From NCBI RefSeq assembly GCF_001194135.2, contig NC_068989.1, positions 71,605,507 to 71,669,506 on the forward strand: a DNA stretch of 64,000 nucleotides, in the 5' to 3' direction. The position numbers and the translations under genes were made by a program. The notes under the pieces were generated by a model. The model had not been told where the DNA came from, made no database searches, and was given only the letters and a program-made list of their open reading frames with translations. Below are positions 12,051 through 26,525 of the stretch, one piece after another. Each line of letters starts with the position of its first letter. The stretch's first letter is position 1. This stretch comes from Octopus bimaculoides (taxonomy: Eukaryota).

Positions 12051-13163
12051 AGGATGGTGGACAGAAGGAACCAAGGCAGCCGAAAGCTAGATGTTAGNNN
12101 NNNNNNNNNNNNNNNNNNNNNNNNNNNNNNNNNNNNNNNNNNNNNNNNNNNNNNNNNNNNNNNNNNNNNNNNNNNNNNNNNNNNNNNNNNNNNNNNNNNN
12201 NNNNNNNNNNNNNNNNNNNNNNNNNNNNNNNNNNNNNNNNNNNNNNNNNNNNNNNNNNNNNNNNNNNNNNNNNNNNNNNNNNNNNNNNNNNNNNNNNNNN
12301 NNNNNNNNNNNNNNNNNNNNNNNNNNNNNNNNNNNNNNNNNNNNNNNNNNNNNNNNNNNNNNNNNNNNNNNNNNNNNNNNNNNNNNNNNNNNNNNNNNNN
12401 NNNNNNNNNNNNNNNNNNNNNNNNNNNNNNNNNNNNNNNNNNNNNNNNNNNNNNNNNNNNNNNNNNNNNNNNNNNNNNNNNNNNNNNNNNNNNNNNNNNN
12501 NNNNNNNNNNNNNNNNNNNNNNNNNNNNNNNNNNNNNNNNNNNNNNNNNNNNNNNNNNNNNNNNNNNNNNNNNNNNNNNNNNNNNNNNNNNNNNNNNNCG
12601 ACGCGCTAATGATTATGCATATTAGATGCTGAAGTCCTAAATAAACAGAAAGGCGAGTTACAACTAGACTCCCTTCGTAAAAAAAAACAAAAAAAAAAAA
12701 CATTAACCATTAACCGTTTTTATACACCGATATGCCTTTGTTGTTTTTTAACAAAAAATAAAGATCTTTACCCAAGGGGAAAGATCCAAAAATAATTAAA
12801 GCATTATATGAATTCATAGAATTACCTGTTTTGTTTTGGCTTCAATAATGTGGCTATCAATTTTGAGCGTATAGGAAAAATTAACTTAAATCAGACTTTA
12901 AAAAAAAGGGGGGGGGGAGGAAATAGACGAAGTCCTCAGCATTGTCCTACTACAAGATTGAAAGACATCATGGTTCGAGGTGAATACAACAAAAAAGTTA
13001 CATAAAATAAAATTAAAAAGCAAATAAAACTGATTCCCTAAGATGTCTCTATCACCATCCATCCATGCAAATATACAGATTACACACTACATATACGTAT
13101 TACACACAAAAGAAACGCCAAGTTATCCAAGAAAAAAAGATGTTCTACTAAATATTTATTTAC

Positions 13164-13325
13164 TTCTCTGATCTTGCTAGACGCAGGCTTTTTCCCTCTC
13201 ATCTTCGAAAGTTACTTCTTCAACGGTTGTCTGTGTTTGAGCGCAGTTTCAACTCAGTTGATCACTTCAATAATTTCGCTGAGATCAAACAAACTTCTTC
13301 CTTTCTCAGTATCAAACCGATCTCA
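13164..13325 (-). other. Candidate internal first exon with short coding start MRGKKPASSKIRE
   Basis: gaagATG at 13202; 13 codons to GAA|GTAAAT (phase 0); no ATG in the ~120 nt upstream; GA-rich tract beyond. Confidence 0.3.
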
Positions 13326-14289
13326 CTTACCCCTTTCTCTCCCCTTCGCTCTTTTCCCCTCCCTCACTTCCTTTATTTCTCTTCCTTTCCCTCCCTCTAG
13401 TTCTCTTTCTCAGCCTCCCCTCTCTTCCTCTGTTTCTCTCCCTCTCTTTTTCTACCTTCATGTCTTTTCCTTTCTCTATCTCTTTTCTCCCTCTTTCACT
13501 TTCTAATTGACTAATCAAAGCTACATAATTTAGTATTGTTAAAAAAGGTTGTTTTGAAGACCCGCGGTACCCATTTTATTATTTTCCTTAATACATCAAT
13601 TGTTGCCCTGTCACTACACAAAACTAACAAAAAAGCCGACACTAGACTACCAACATTAGCGAAGGAGAAGCCTCTACACAGTAACTCGACATGCCAGAAA
13701 TAACAGCCAATCACCCTAAAACCATACCGCATAACTGTGGTTAACAATGTTTTTGACTTCGTGGTACACTAGAAATCATCACTGGCTCACTTTGTATGGA
13801 AAGCTAAATTTTAAAAAACTGATTTGAAACTAAAAAAATATTGAAAACTATCACTTTCTTTAATTAGCAATCCATCATTTCTGGTCTCGGAAAAGTAAAC
13901 TATTTGCTCGGCAAGTTATGTATAAAATTTACTTTTTTAACGTTTATTTTTTTGCAGCTGAACAGTGAAAAACAACTTCGCGTGCACACACGCCAACACG
14001 TAGATACACACATAAATGTTTTTTTTTTTTCACGAATCGCTTGTCTATTTTTGTGTATTTATGTTTATGTGTATGTAAGCTGAAAAAGTGAAGTGATAAA
14101 AAGGTTTTACGGNNNNNNNNNNNNNNNNNNNNNNNNNNNNNNNNNNNNNNNNNNNNNNNNNNNNNNNNNNNNNNNNNNNNNNNNNNNNNNNNNNNNNNNN
14201 NNNNNNNNNNNNNNNNNNNNNNNNNNNNNNNNNNNNNNNNNNNNNNNNNNTTTCTTGCCTTTAACCCTCCAACGCGGAGTATAGGCCAC

Positions 14290-14700
14290 TTATAATTGAA
14301 TTTCATGTCGCATAATTTCTCGCTTCTGTACTTATACTGTGTCATGAATGTCTCCCTTTCTCTAGTTCCTTTTGTGTTGATCTACGCCACGAGTTCTTAG
14401 CCCTACCCCTCTTTCTAAATCCATTCGGATTCCACTGTAAAGCACTTTTCGCTACATTTGGTGTGTCCTTTCTAATTGTGCTACCAATCCACTTCCACTT
14501 TTTCTTCCCTAATCGAAACTTGATTCGTTCTTTGCCATAGCTCCATATTGCTTGTGTGTTCGGGCCATCTGATTTTAAGTAATACTACGCAAGCATCTGT
14601 TGATGAATGATTGTATTTGCTTATTTGACTTAACTGTTGTTCGCCATGTCTCAGCCCCATACAATAACACCGCTTTTACGTTATTAATCATGTAATAAAT
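14290..14700 (-). mobile_element. RTE-clade LINE 3' coding relic
   Basis: NNVKAVLLYGAETW...FINRCLRSI..IRWP...KWKWIG..IRK...ALQWNPNGFRKRGRAKNSWRRS. Confidence 0.8.
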
Positions 14701-15016
14701 ATATTAATACATTTTTAAACATGCTGAAACAATTAATTTGGATTTTCTAGAGATTTAACTTATTTGTCTTAAATTTCACGGCGTACCGTTAGTGAACCTT
14801 TGCTTAATATCAAATACAGAAACACATTAGAAAATGTAATGCTTAGACCAAACATTGATGGTCACAGATGAAACACTTTTCTTTTTTCATTTCTGTGTTC
14901 GCAGTTAACCTGGGGTTAAGAACAACACAACAGGATCATTGAGGCATGCTGTACGTAGTCGCTCCACCTTACATGAAATAACAGTCAAATCTCCTTTGCA
15001 TCGTTCTCAAGTATGG

Positions 15017-15165
15017 GAGGTATGGGCAACCTTTTCCGAAAAGCGGGTCACACGAGACATGGCTCATTAGTAGGCGGGCTGTACAACTAAAATAAATTCA
15101 AGGTAATTTTTTGTTAGGTGCGCCCCATTCAGGAAGTCTTGCGGGCCGAAGATTGCCCATGACTG
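15017..15165. mobile_element. hAT-like MITE (related half copy at 63307-63375)
   Basis: TIRs ggtatgggcaac / gattgcccatgactg; shared internal gcgggccg motifs with the 63.3 kb copy. Confidence 0.6.
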
Positions 15166-15658
15166 AATTACTACCATCTGAAGGCAAATGGCATGCTTGA
15201 TGAACATAGCCTTAAAATACGGAATGATCATGGTTGGAATGCTTGAGCAGGGTAGTTAGTGGCCTAAAGAACAAAGTCGCTCCACCTCACTAGAAACAAC
15301 AACCAAATCTCTCTTTAAAAAAAATGCACATCTAACATCTTAACCAGAGCAAAAGACATTTGATATAACCTTAAAAAATTACCGACAAATGACGTAAACC
15401 TTAATATCCATGAATAGGTTAAGTTGCAACATTATGGACGCTAATAAACACAACATTATTATAACATCTGAATGAATTCGTATTGTATAACGAAGTATTC
15501 TGGTGTTTGGAGAGAACAATAACATACTAAACAGGGAAAGGAAAAAGTCACAATTTTTGGCTGCGGTGAAAAAGCAAGAGAAAAAATATGTTATCACTTA
15601 TAGAAAGTTAACAACCCGAGAACCGAGGTTGAGACTTGATATTTTAGGTATTATACTA

Positions 15659-15963
15659 CAGATGTGTGTCCAACCTACCCCCGACTTTGTTTCTTCATAA
15701 CTTTCTGAAAAACGCATATTTTAAGGTAATATTTTCAACAAATACTTTTCAGATGATGTAGATTACGATTATGTCGGAATTTGAGGAGAAAATAAATTGA
15801 TGGGGGGGGGGGGGCTGATAATTCACGCACCTCATCAGAACGAAGAGACAGCTGAGGTACTTGAACCCCCACCTTCACGTCAAATTCCGAGACAATCTTT
15901 AATGTAGTCCAAAACATACCTCTGAAAACTCCATGAAAAAATGAGGGTGGGTGCACACATCTA
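15659..15963. mobile_element. Tc1/mariner-like MITE
   Basis: TA|cagatgtgtg ... cacacatcta|TA termini. Confidence 0.45.
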
Positions 15964-16607
15964 TAATTATAGCATGTCTTGCGATACGGCCCTACGTTGT
16001 TAAGTTACTTTAATTACTGTAGCCTATCCTGAGTACTCATTGTGCATACCTGATACACAGACATACACGATATAAGCCAATCTTTCGGTATTAGTAGACA
16101 ACGAACGTCATTCACCAAGACAGATAAAGAGGCTAAGCTGAATAAAAAAATGTGAATGGCGTCGTCTACTAATACTGAAAGATTACATGTGTTTATATAT
16201 GTGCGTGTAGACATATACATACGCAAAATTGTTACATTAAAATTAAAGAAAGCGAAATTAATAATGCGTTAGAATACTGACCGAAAAGTCACGGTTGGAA
16301 TACCATCACCAGTGCTGTGCTTATGGTACTAACAAACTGTAGAATAACTCTTGAGTCTTACTGAACCAATCCACCAAAATATAAGAATGAACACTAAGGA
16401 GGTGCGGTACCACTAGAGGCGCTGTACCAATTAATTAACAAGCTGTTTCATTCGCATATAATGCTGAACCAAGGCTGTCTTATATAGGAAGTATCTGATA
16501 GCTTAACAACCTCTTTAAAAGGAAGTGAAACTAATAAAATTTATTATATTCATAGAATCTGTTCACGAAAAAGAAATTCTATTTGGAATACATTGAATTT
16601 TTCTTAC

Positions 16608-16699
16608 CTTGCCGAATTTATCCACACGAATAGACAGATTTTCTATAGAATGTTGAACAGCTTGTTGAACGGTGTGGTTAGCAGAAAGAGGCTGTTTTC
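16608..16699 (-). CDS. TBC1D24: TBC1D24 coding exon 5
   Basis: tctttttctag|...AAG|gtaaga; 92 nt, phase 1->0, which fits both neighbours. Encodes GKQPLSANHTVQQAVQHSIENLSIRVDKFGK (cf. [20 protein letters not shown]). Confidence 0.88.
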
Positions 16700-19600
16700 C
16701 TAGAAAAAGACCAAGATAATACGCACATAAAAAAAAAGGTTCCTTTGTAAAATTAGCTAAATCATCTTGTGAAATTTGAAATAAATTTATACAGGGGATG
16801 GTAAAATTCAGCAAAACATGCAGTAAAATACGTATAGAAAAAATTAAAGCATTAAAAATAGTGTTTAACGTATAAGGCAAAAAAACCTCCTACATTCTGC
16901 GCGGCTATTTGGTGTGGCGATCATGAAGTTAGGCAGGTAGAAATGGTGTCTTCATGTAGCTAATGTTTTACCATGTTGTTTTCTTCAGTTATCATCATGG
17001 TCTGGACTGGTACACATTGTGCGCTTACTATTAAAATGTTTATCAAGATTGGCGAGTTCAAAGTTTTTTTGCCGCAACTTGCACACTGGTTTTTAATATA
17101 AATAAAATACCATCTTAGATTGCTGAACGAAAATGCCTGTTTCCATACTGATTGAAAGTGAGTTTTTGCGATAAAATAAAAACATCTTTTTTTTTTTTCC
17201 TTATCTATAAAGATTTAAGTTTAGTTTTTAAAAATTATACTCAAACAAAAGTCTCGATTTCAATTTTTAAAATTATTTTGTATTCCTACCACGCCCACCA
17301 CTATAATTTTAGATTAATGAAAACCCTGTGTATTCGACTTTCAAAATAAGAAAAATATCCTTGAATCAAAAATTCTATTGATCTAACTTTAAAACTGCCT
17401 TACACAAATCCTGAACTCAAACAGTTTCATTGTAAAATCTTGTTGCTAAACCAACTAGTTTATTAACATTTAGGGTAACTTGTTATAATACTCTGCACTC
17501 GGATGTCAGGAATAAACAGCTCCAAGAGACCTCACCTTCATGAAGCAAAAAAATTAACCTTTTGTCTCTCCTGTGTATTAAAAGACAGGCAAAGGGTTAA
17601 TTTTCCCTGGCATCCAAACATATTTGACAAACTTCCTAATTTTTTTCACCCATTAGAGTAACTTGTAACTTATGAAAGCAAAGATTATATTTCTCGGAAC
17701 GTATGCAACTATTTCTTACTAAATGTCTGAAAACAGTTATGGATGTTTACAGCGGCGGCTCATGTATAGGAACTGCAACACCCACCTATTTCCACTCAAT
17801 ATATCGATAACATTCAATATAATGAGTCCTTTTTTCTTTAATTCTTTCTTTATACTTGTACATTATATAATCCTTAAGCTTAATGTTAGTAGCCATCCCC
17901 TAGTTTATGAAAAAATACAAAAATCATTGTATAGAACTGTGTGCTTCACAGTTTCAGCAATGTAGTGTTTCGATAGGAAGCTTCGTGTTAGGGAGAGAGA
18001 GAGAGCACTGCGTGAACGACAGGGCTGACCCGGTATTCTGGTGAAAAGTAGTGTTTCTTTTTGACTCTGCGTGTGTTGTGCTTAAAAACGTATTTATATT
18101 CTTGAATGTGATAAAGTGTAGAATTAGATTATTATCCTGCTTCCAGCTTCAGTTTTGCTGCCAGGATTTGAAAAATAGTGCACATTCTGCCCCCCACCTT
18201 ATTTTGTGATTTAGGGGAGAGGTTGAAAAACAAGGGGGAATTTGCGGTGATGTTCAATGAACAAATTAAAGATACTACCCAGCAGTGGCTAAAATGTGAA
18301 CCGATCAAGTTTATGTATAAATTTTCTTTTTGTACATTTGTTTCCTTTTACACAATATTAAAACAACAGCTAAAAATATTCTGAAGCAGCACCTACACTA
18401 ATTTTACCTATGAGTTGCCACTGGATGTGTAGGACAAACTTAAGAAAATGCTTTGGACAAATAGATGGGACTTGGATTTTCCTTTGGGAAAGAATGATGG
18501 CCTACCTAAGGCAACTTTCTAAATGATACGAGAAAATGAGCCTTGTTTTCTTTTTTACTGTTTTGTTAAAGAAAGTAGAGTTGTGCCTAAGATCCTTACT
18601 TCCAAGAGCCACCCACACTGGAGGGAGGAAGTTACTCCCAAACTAGAGGCCTTGGAACAGAGTGGACCCTACAAAATGCATGCAAGGTCTTGGTGGCTGT
18701 GTAAAACAAGGTCATTGATTAAGACTGCAACCTAAAAACTCAGAATTCAAAGAGTCAGAACAAATACCATAAGGTACCTCACACTGGAGCAGTACTTTAT
18801 TTCACTGACCTTGAAAGAAAGAAAGGCAAAGATGACTCTGGTCAAATTTGAAATCAGAACAACAGAGTCAGAAAAAGTATTACAATGCCTACCTTCTTAC
18901 AACACCACTAGCCGACCAGCTTTAACTGTCTTAAATATAATTTTATGGCAGGGCTGTGATTTGAAACCACAACAGCTCAATAACAAGAAATAGGTCACAG
19001 AATATCAGAGGACTTGTCCTGAATTCTGACCAATCAAATTTGTTAGAATTCTATGATAATGGAATTTTCCACAATTTTCCTGCCAAAACATGACCATAAA
19101 TTGCAAAGCACCAGAGAATCATTGCACAGCTATTTGACTTTGGGTTAAAAAGGAACATTTTGTCTCCAATGAACACAGAACTTTCCTGCAACTCACCAAC
19201 ACAAATATGTAGCTAATTCTTGGTCAACAAACATGATTCACTACAGGCTTTCAGTGATACACTCTCTAACAAGTAATTATCTTAATCATTGTAATCTTTA
19301 TGTATAAATGTTTTCCTTGAAAACTTCAAATGAACTTGGTTTTAATATGGGTAAAAAAAACTGCAGTGAAAATCAACCCTGCCAATTATTCAACACTTAA
19401 ATATGCATGCATACAGTAGATTTGAACTCAGAATCCATGAGCTGGTAACCCAATACTATTTCTACTCAGCCATTTGTTCTGGTTTCATTAACTATTGTTT
19501 AATATGTCTGCATGTGAGATCAATTGCTGTGCAGTTTAAGTGTACAGCCATATTGTGTCATGTAATTTTTGATAAAAGGTAAAAAAAATTCCTGTGGTGG

Positions 19601-20269
19601 TGGGGATGGAAACTGAAAGAATCCCATTGCGCACGTGTGTGTATATATATATATATGTGTGTGTGTGTTTGTCCCCCCCCCATCACTGCCTGACAACTGG
19701 TGTTGGTGTGTTTACATCCCAGTAACTTAGCAGTTCAGCAACAGAGTCCGATAGAATAGGCACTAAGCTGAAAAGAAAAATTAAGTCCTGGAGTCAATTT
19801 CTTCGACTAAAAAAACCCTTGAAGGCAGTGCTCCAGCATGGCTGCAGTCAAATGACTGAAACAAGCAAAAGAGACAAAATCAATGAGATGGTCACAGCTG
19901 GCATACCTTTGATCATAAGTATGCTCAACTGTGATTGTGCTGGCACTAAACAATGACAAAACAACTATTATAACTCAGTTGTGTTTATTGTGTGATCCTG
20001 ATTTAAGTTCTCCAGCTGTGACCATCCCATATGTTTTGTATATCTGGGACTATAGTGTTCAATGTAACATTTTATTTTTAAAGAAATATGATTTGAGAGT
20101 CATTTGGCTGCTATATCTAATAATCCAACCACCACTGTCACATGTTAAGAAAAAAAAGCACAATTTGTTAAATAATATTAACAACCTGATGTGAATTCTT
20201 CATTAACATCCTTAAAGAAAATAAATTTAGCAAATACAGTGCAAATAATAATAATAATAATAATAATAA

Positions 20270-20495
20270 TAATCCTTTCTGTTATAGGCACAAGGCGTGA
20301 AATTTGGGGAGTGATATAGTCGATTACATCAACCTCAGTACTCAAGTAGTACCTAATTTATCGACCCCACCACCTGAAAGCACAAAAGGCAAAGTCAACC
20401 TCGGTGGAATTTGAACTCAGAATGTTCCAGCAGACAAAATACTGCTAAGCATTTTGCCTGGTGTGCTAACGATCCTGCCAGCTTGCTGCCTCAGT
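20270..20495 (-). mobile_element. SINE with Meta-domain-like core and (AAT)n tail
   Basis: Reverse complement reads gagttcaaattccaccgaggttgactttgccttt...ggggtcgataaa. Remnants near 18.7-18.9, 23.2-23.5, 24.6-24.8, 32.03-32.11 and 51.8-51.9 kb. Confidence 0.6.
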
Positions 20496-21788
20496 AATAA
20501 TAAATATAATAATAAATATAATAATAACTCGTAGTACCCATGGCAATTCTATAGTTATTTTAAAAATCACAAGATGAAGTTGTATGATTTTCTAAAGAAT
20601 TTGAGTGTGTAGCCACGTTGTGTTCCCTTCATTAAACACGCACTCTCTTTGCCTCTCCTTTCAACTAAATTACATACCCCTATGTTGGCTTCTTTCAGTT
20701 TCTGTCTACTATTACCAGATCCACTCACAAGGCTTTGGTCGGCCTGGGACTTTAGTAGAGGACATGTGTTCAAGGCTCCACACAGTGGGATTGAATTTAA
20801 AACCATGTAGTTGGCAAGCAATCTTCTTAGTCACACAGCCATGCTTGTGCTTACAACAAATTTACATATAATCATGTTGAGAGCCAAACAATTATTTTAA
20901 CCAAATTTTGATTGCTTATAGAAACGGGTTGCCCAGTTTTCTGTATCAGCATCACCTTACATTATTTGAATGTTATTTTCCATACTGGCATTAGAGGGAT
21001 CTCACAAAGTCACCTAATTACCCACCAGAATTTATCATCATTATCTAGTACACACAACAACAGAGACAAACTGATCAATATAGTGGTTATCTATGTTGTT
21101 GTTTCAGCACAGTTTTTATGACTAGATCCCCTTCACATAATGAAATCCTTTACAGCATTGGCTACATTTATTTTATTGTGCTTGTAGACATAAAGAGTAT
21201 GTTCCCAGCTGATACACTTGCATTAAAAACATCTATTACATTAAAGGTGCTAGCGATCGATTCCTAAAGCATCTGTTATGCTGTGGAAAGGGGATGATAG
21301 AAGTAAATGACAGAGGGAAAGAGAGATTCAAACAAACACAACTGCCGCACGCATACATACACACACTCACAAATGCTATTAGTGCATACACACACACAAC
21401 AATTAGCTGTATATGTGTATGTGTGTACAAGACTAGGAGGGGGCATATCCGTATATGTATGCATGCCGTTAGTGTTGACATGTGTATAAGTGTATGTTTG
21501 CACACACCAGTAATATTTTGTTTAACTTCTCTCTTTTACACTATTTATCTGATGATGCAGTCTTTTGAATCATTAGATCCTTGACACACCATCCAACTTG
21601 TGCCCGGAAAAGGACAGAGATGTTGAATGATAACTATGATGGTGTGTGTAACATTTAAAATGTCATATTGATCTTTAATACTTGGGTGGTTGTTTCTAAT
21701 TCAACTATGAAACATCCACAAGGTCAGGCAGTACATTACTACACATTATTACAAATTATATATTGAAAAAAATATTGTAGTAACTTAC

Positions 21789-21879
21789 CTGATTGTTTGG
21801 AGAAGAGTGTTAGTAATACAATGGACACTCTATAAAATACCTTGAATCCTTCAAGCAGGTAGCAATCAATTACTTTCAC
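21789..21879 (-). CDS. TBC1D24: TBC1D24 coding exon 4
   Basis: tttcag|...G|gtaagt; 91 nt, phase 0->1. VKVIDCYLLEGFKVFYRVSIVLLTLFSKQS matches [25 protein letters not shown]. Confidence 0.94.
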
Positions 21880-21948
21880 CTGAAATTAAACATGAATGAA
21901 TAAAGAAAATAAAACACAACACATCAGTGAATGAGGGAGGCTCTACAT

Positions 21949-22253
21949 TGGGGCTGGCCAACCTGAGGTTTTTACCTTGTGGCCTGCTTGATACTTTCTT
22001 GAAATGGGTTTATTTAAACAAACATTTAAAAGAATTTATCAAAAATTAACGATTGTAATGAAAAGTAAAACGGAAAGATACTACTGTTTTGGCAATGATA
22101 ATATTTCATGTTGAATCAACAATCATTCATTCATTATTGTCATAATAGCATGAGAAGGCATAATATTTTCCATTCTGTCAGTATACAAGCAGCCCTCAAA
22201 AAACTTTTTGTGATTGAAGTGGCCTGCAATGTAATTCAAGTTGGCCAGGCCTG
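21949..22253. mobile_element. hAT (Charlie-like) MITE with 8-bp TSD
   Basis: TIRs ggggctggccaac / gttggccaggcctg; identical CTCTACAT on both flanks (21941-21948 and 22254-22261). Confidence 0.75.
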
Positions 22254-23769
22254 CTCTACATAGCTGCCCTACCTGCTAAAAATAGCAGCCAAATACCCTT
22301 GGAATCAAAACTAGCATTTTATATAAGGAAAGAACAGACTGGATGATGTAGTGTGAGATGTTTCTAAAAAAATGGGAGGGCATACTTGGAAAGGTTTTGA
22401 TCAAATGTCTACTCAAGCAGGGTTGATCTGAGCCTAAACAATAGTAACACATTAGTGCACTTTTAATGGTGGTGGCAGAATTGATACAACACTAGAGAAA
22501 ATGAATTGATGCATGTCCCTTTGTGGTCCAAGTTTTGAACCCCTCTTGGGACAAGAAAACAATACAAGTAATACTTTAGATATTAATAAATATCAACTAT
22601 AACCCTAACCCCTAAGCAATTTCAAGGGTCTTGTACCAGTGCAAGAAACTGGTTTTGTGATGTGGGGGTCAGTAAGTTGACAGAAATGGTACAATGATAG
22701 ATTAGATGTTTTGCAGTAAGTATTTCATTCTGTTCTCTCTACATTCTGCGGGGTCAACATCCCCATCTAGCAAAAAGTTAGGAAAGCATTGATGAGAATT
22801 CAAAACCAACAAGACCTGAGAAAGGAAGACCTTCTCTCGGGGAAAATAGCCCAGAGTTAAGAAGAGTGGAAAAAAGTCATTGATAATCCATGCTCTGTAG
22901 GAAGTGAAGGGCTTAAGATGCAAAAAGTCTCTCAAGTTCAAACTCAAGGATTATCTCAGCCTTTCATGTCACCAGTTATGACAAAGATGAGTAGTAAACC
23001 TGGAATTGATTAAATTGATTTCTCACCTTCAAGGTTACCCTTTTGAGGCCTTGTGACATCAGCATTAGAAAATCAATAATGTGAAGTCATTTGTAAAAGG
23101 CTATGGCTATCACTTGCAATTGAAGACAATTCAGTATCAACTTGTATTGTGTTTTTGCTAATGGTTTTAAGTGCCCACCCATGTAGTTGTGATTAGATAC
23201 AGACACTCTTTTAATCCACCCCACTCCTACCCTTGACCCAGTACTTGATTGGTACTTCTTATTTTATTGACCCTGGCAGAATGAAAGGCAAAATTGACAT
23301 CAGCAAGGTTTCAAATCAGAGTGTAGAACACCAGAACAAATAATACTACAACTCATTCCAGCCAATCTCCTAAAATACTTCATGGTATTTGTTCTGACTT
23401 TCTGCACTCTGAGTTCAAATCCTGCCAAGGTCAACTTTGCCATTTATCTTTTCAAGACTGATAAAAACAAAAAGTACCAATCCAAGCCAATGGATTGGTG
23501 GAATTGGATGAATTGGATGCCTTGCAGTATTTGTTCAAGTTCTTTGCATTCTGAGTTCAAATCTCAGTAAGGCCTACTTGGTTATAGCTTTGGCATATTT
23601 AACATCTTTTGTGCCATAGGAGTCCATTATATTGTAAGCATCTAGCACCAGCTTTCCACTTTGAGGATATCTCCATCCATCCTTCTCTACCTTAATCAGT
23701 ATCTGAGGTCCCTATAAAAAGTCAAAGACAGTGCCTTTCTCCTTGACCAAACAATGAAATAAATAAATA

Positions 23770-24118
23770 GGTGCAGGTATAGCTGTGAGGTAAGAAGTTT
23801 GCTCCCCAACTGCATAGTTTTTGGGTTCAGTCCCATTGCACAGCACCTTGGGCAAGTGTCTTCTATTATATCTTCAGGCCAACAAAAGCCTTGTGAGTGG
23901 ATTTGGTAGACTGAAACTGAAAGAAGCCCATCATATATACATGTGTGTGTGTTTGTCTCCCACAACCACTTAACAACTAGCAAAAAGTGTCCAATAGGAT
24001 AAATACCATGCTTAAAATTAAAAAATAAGGACTGGGGTCAATTTGTTAGACTGAACCCTTCAAGGTGGTGCCCCAGCATGGCCACAATCCAATGACAAAA
24101 CAAGTAAGAGGTAAAAGA
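23770..24118 (+). mobile_element. tRNA-derived SINE family A, near full length
   Basis: A-box/B-box-like head (gctgtgaggtaagaag...ggttcagtccc), central (TA/TG)n, tail gaaacaagtaaaag. Many copies in the window. Confidence 0.85.
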
Positions 24119-24183
24119 TAAATAAATAAATATAAACAGGAAATTTTCAAAGAATTACCAAAAGGATAAAAAATGCTACAAAC

Positions 24184-24285
24184 CAGAAAATGGAATGGTA
24201 AGTCTCTGAAAATCCACCAAAGCCAGTCATGAAATACAGTTTCTGTAGATTTACTGTGCTGCTGGATATAACTATGAGCAGATCT
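24184..24285 (-). CDS. TBC1D24: TBC1D24 coding exon 3
   Basis: ttttcag|...CTG|gtttgt; 102 nt, phase 0->0. RSAHSYIQQHSKSTETVFHDWLWWIFRDLPFHFL matches [34 protein letters not shown]. This frame is not in the ORF track. Confidence 0.92.
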
Positions 24286-26332
24286 CTGAAAATAAAAAAA
24301 GAAAATGAATAAGAAAGGTTATAGATCATCCTTTGTTTTTTTTAATTAAAAAATAACCAAATATACTAATTTGCGAGAATTATTTATGTATTTATTTAAT
24401 TAGCAATTACATTGTGGAAGATCCATTTTAACTATCTGAAAATACTGAAAAATTTATATTCACTTTCTGTGTTTTTGTTTATGACTTACTGGGTCTAGAG
24501 GAAGGAACAGTGCTATAGTCTTCACAGGCTCTTGTAGACCAGTGAGATTGATGCCATTAATGTTTCTCCAAGGTGCCAAGTGATGGTGTTAACCCAAGTA
24601 ATAGATTAATGCTTCTATCTAAAGAAGCCATAGCAGAATTTTAACTCTGAAGACAAAGTGCCAGAACAAATAGTGCAAGGCATTAGGTCCAATATTCTGC
24701 TTCGAATTGACCCCAAAAGAATAAGACAAAGTTGACCATGACAGAATTTGAACTTACAGTGTAGAGAGTTAAAACAAATACCAAGAAGCATTCTCTCCAA
24801 TGCTATAATGACTCTGCCAACTCACCACTTTAAATGTGCAGAGCAGTGATAATGCAGAGCATATGAGGGGTTTTGTTATGTCTCAAGCTACTGCTATCTA
24901 GCACCTTCGGATGATCTCTACTCAACACACCTACCACGGCCAGACTACCTCTATTTATATGTCTTGGGAGATCCTACTTCTTCACCTGGGGGCGTCGACA
25001 CAACAGTTTTTCAGTCTTGCTGGTGGCAAGGTGACCTCTATAATGCTGGTGCCATGAAAATATGCATTCAGTGCACTCTGTAGGATNNNNNNNNNNNNNN
25101 NNNNNNNNNNNNNNNNNNNNNNNNNNNNNNNNNNNNNNNNNNNNNNNNNNNNNNNNNNNNNNNNNNNNNNNNNNNNNNNNNNNNNNNNNNNNNNNNNNNN
25201 NNNNNNNNNNNNNNNNNNNNNNNNNNNNNNNNNNNNNNNNNNNNNNNNNNNNNNNNNNNNNNNNNNNNNNNNNNNNNNNNNNNNNNNNNNNNNNNNNNNN
25301 NNNNNNNNNNNNNNNNNNNNNNNNNNNNNNNNNNNNNNNNNNNNNNNNNNNNNNNNNNNNNNNNNNNNNNNNNNNNNNNNNNNNNNNNNNNNNNNNNNNN
25401 NNNNNNNNNNNNNNNNNNNNNNNNNNNNNNNNNNNNNNNNNNNNNNNNNNNNNNNNNNNNNNNNNNNNNNNNNNNNNNNNNNNNNTATATATATATATAT
25501 ATATATATCATGCTTTATTATAAAAGCAGCAAAATACTCACAGAACTGTTATCCAGTTTCATGTTCCCATTTGTTGGACAGTTTTGAAGAATATGCTTTT
25601 ATAATAAAGCATATTACTCTACCCTTGGTATTTGAGTACTATTTTCTCTACATTGTTTTGCACTCAAGTGCCTGCCTCTGTGTGTGTGTGTGTACGTATA
25701 TATATATGTATATATATATGTGTATATCTATCTATCTATTTATCTATCTATATATATATATATGTGTGTGTGTGTGTATATCTATATATGTGTATATATA
25801 TCTATATATATGTGTGTATATATATCTATATATATATGTGTTTATATATCTATATCTATATATATATATTGCTTCAGCTGCCTGAGGGAAGTGGATAATT
25901 AAGCAACTACTCATTGCATAAGCACTTGAAATGTGCATATCATTAAATGTACTTCAAAAACCAATAATTGGCTTCTATCATTATTCAAATATTATGGAGC
26001 TCACATTTCTGACATTCTAGCTTACCTTTGCATGGATAATATATTTACAATGCAATACAGGTATAGGAGTGGAATGATGATCATCTAAACAATAATAACT
26101 TGTACAGTATTTCATTAAAGTAACCTACTAAATACACGTATACACATCATCATTGTTTTAACATTCACTTTTCTATGCTTGCATGGGTTGGATGAAGCTT
26201 TTTGAGGCAAATTTCCTATTTGTTGTCACTAACCTTAAGTGACAGAATATTTTCCCAAACATGTTTTTTCAGAATATTGAAAATGAATGACACTGTTTGT
26301 GACTGACATTAATTTAAATAATGTCAAGATGA

Positions 26333-26487
26333 GGCACAGGTATGGTTGTGTGGTTAGAAGCTTGCTTCCCAATCACATGGTTCCAGGTTCAGTCCCACTG
26401 CATGGGTAAGCATGGTCTTCTACTATAGCCTTGGGTCAACCAAAGCCTTGTGAGTGGATTTGGTAAATGGAAACTGAAAGAAGCCCG

Positions 26488-26525
<38 letters not shown>

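Noticed and set aside
17720-17726. 7-nt ttttcag|ACATTTA|gtaaga micro-exon
   Set aside because: Frame-shifting and unsupported; may be chance.
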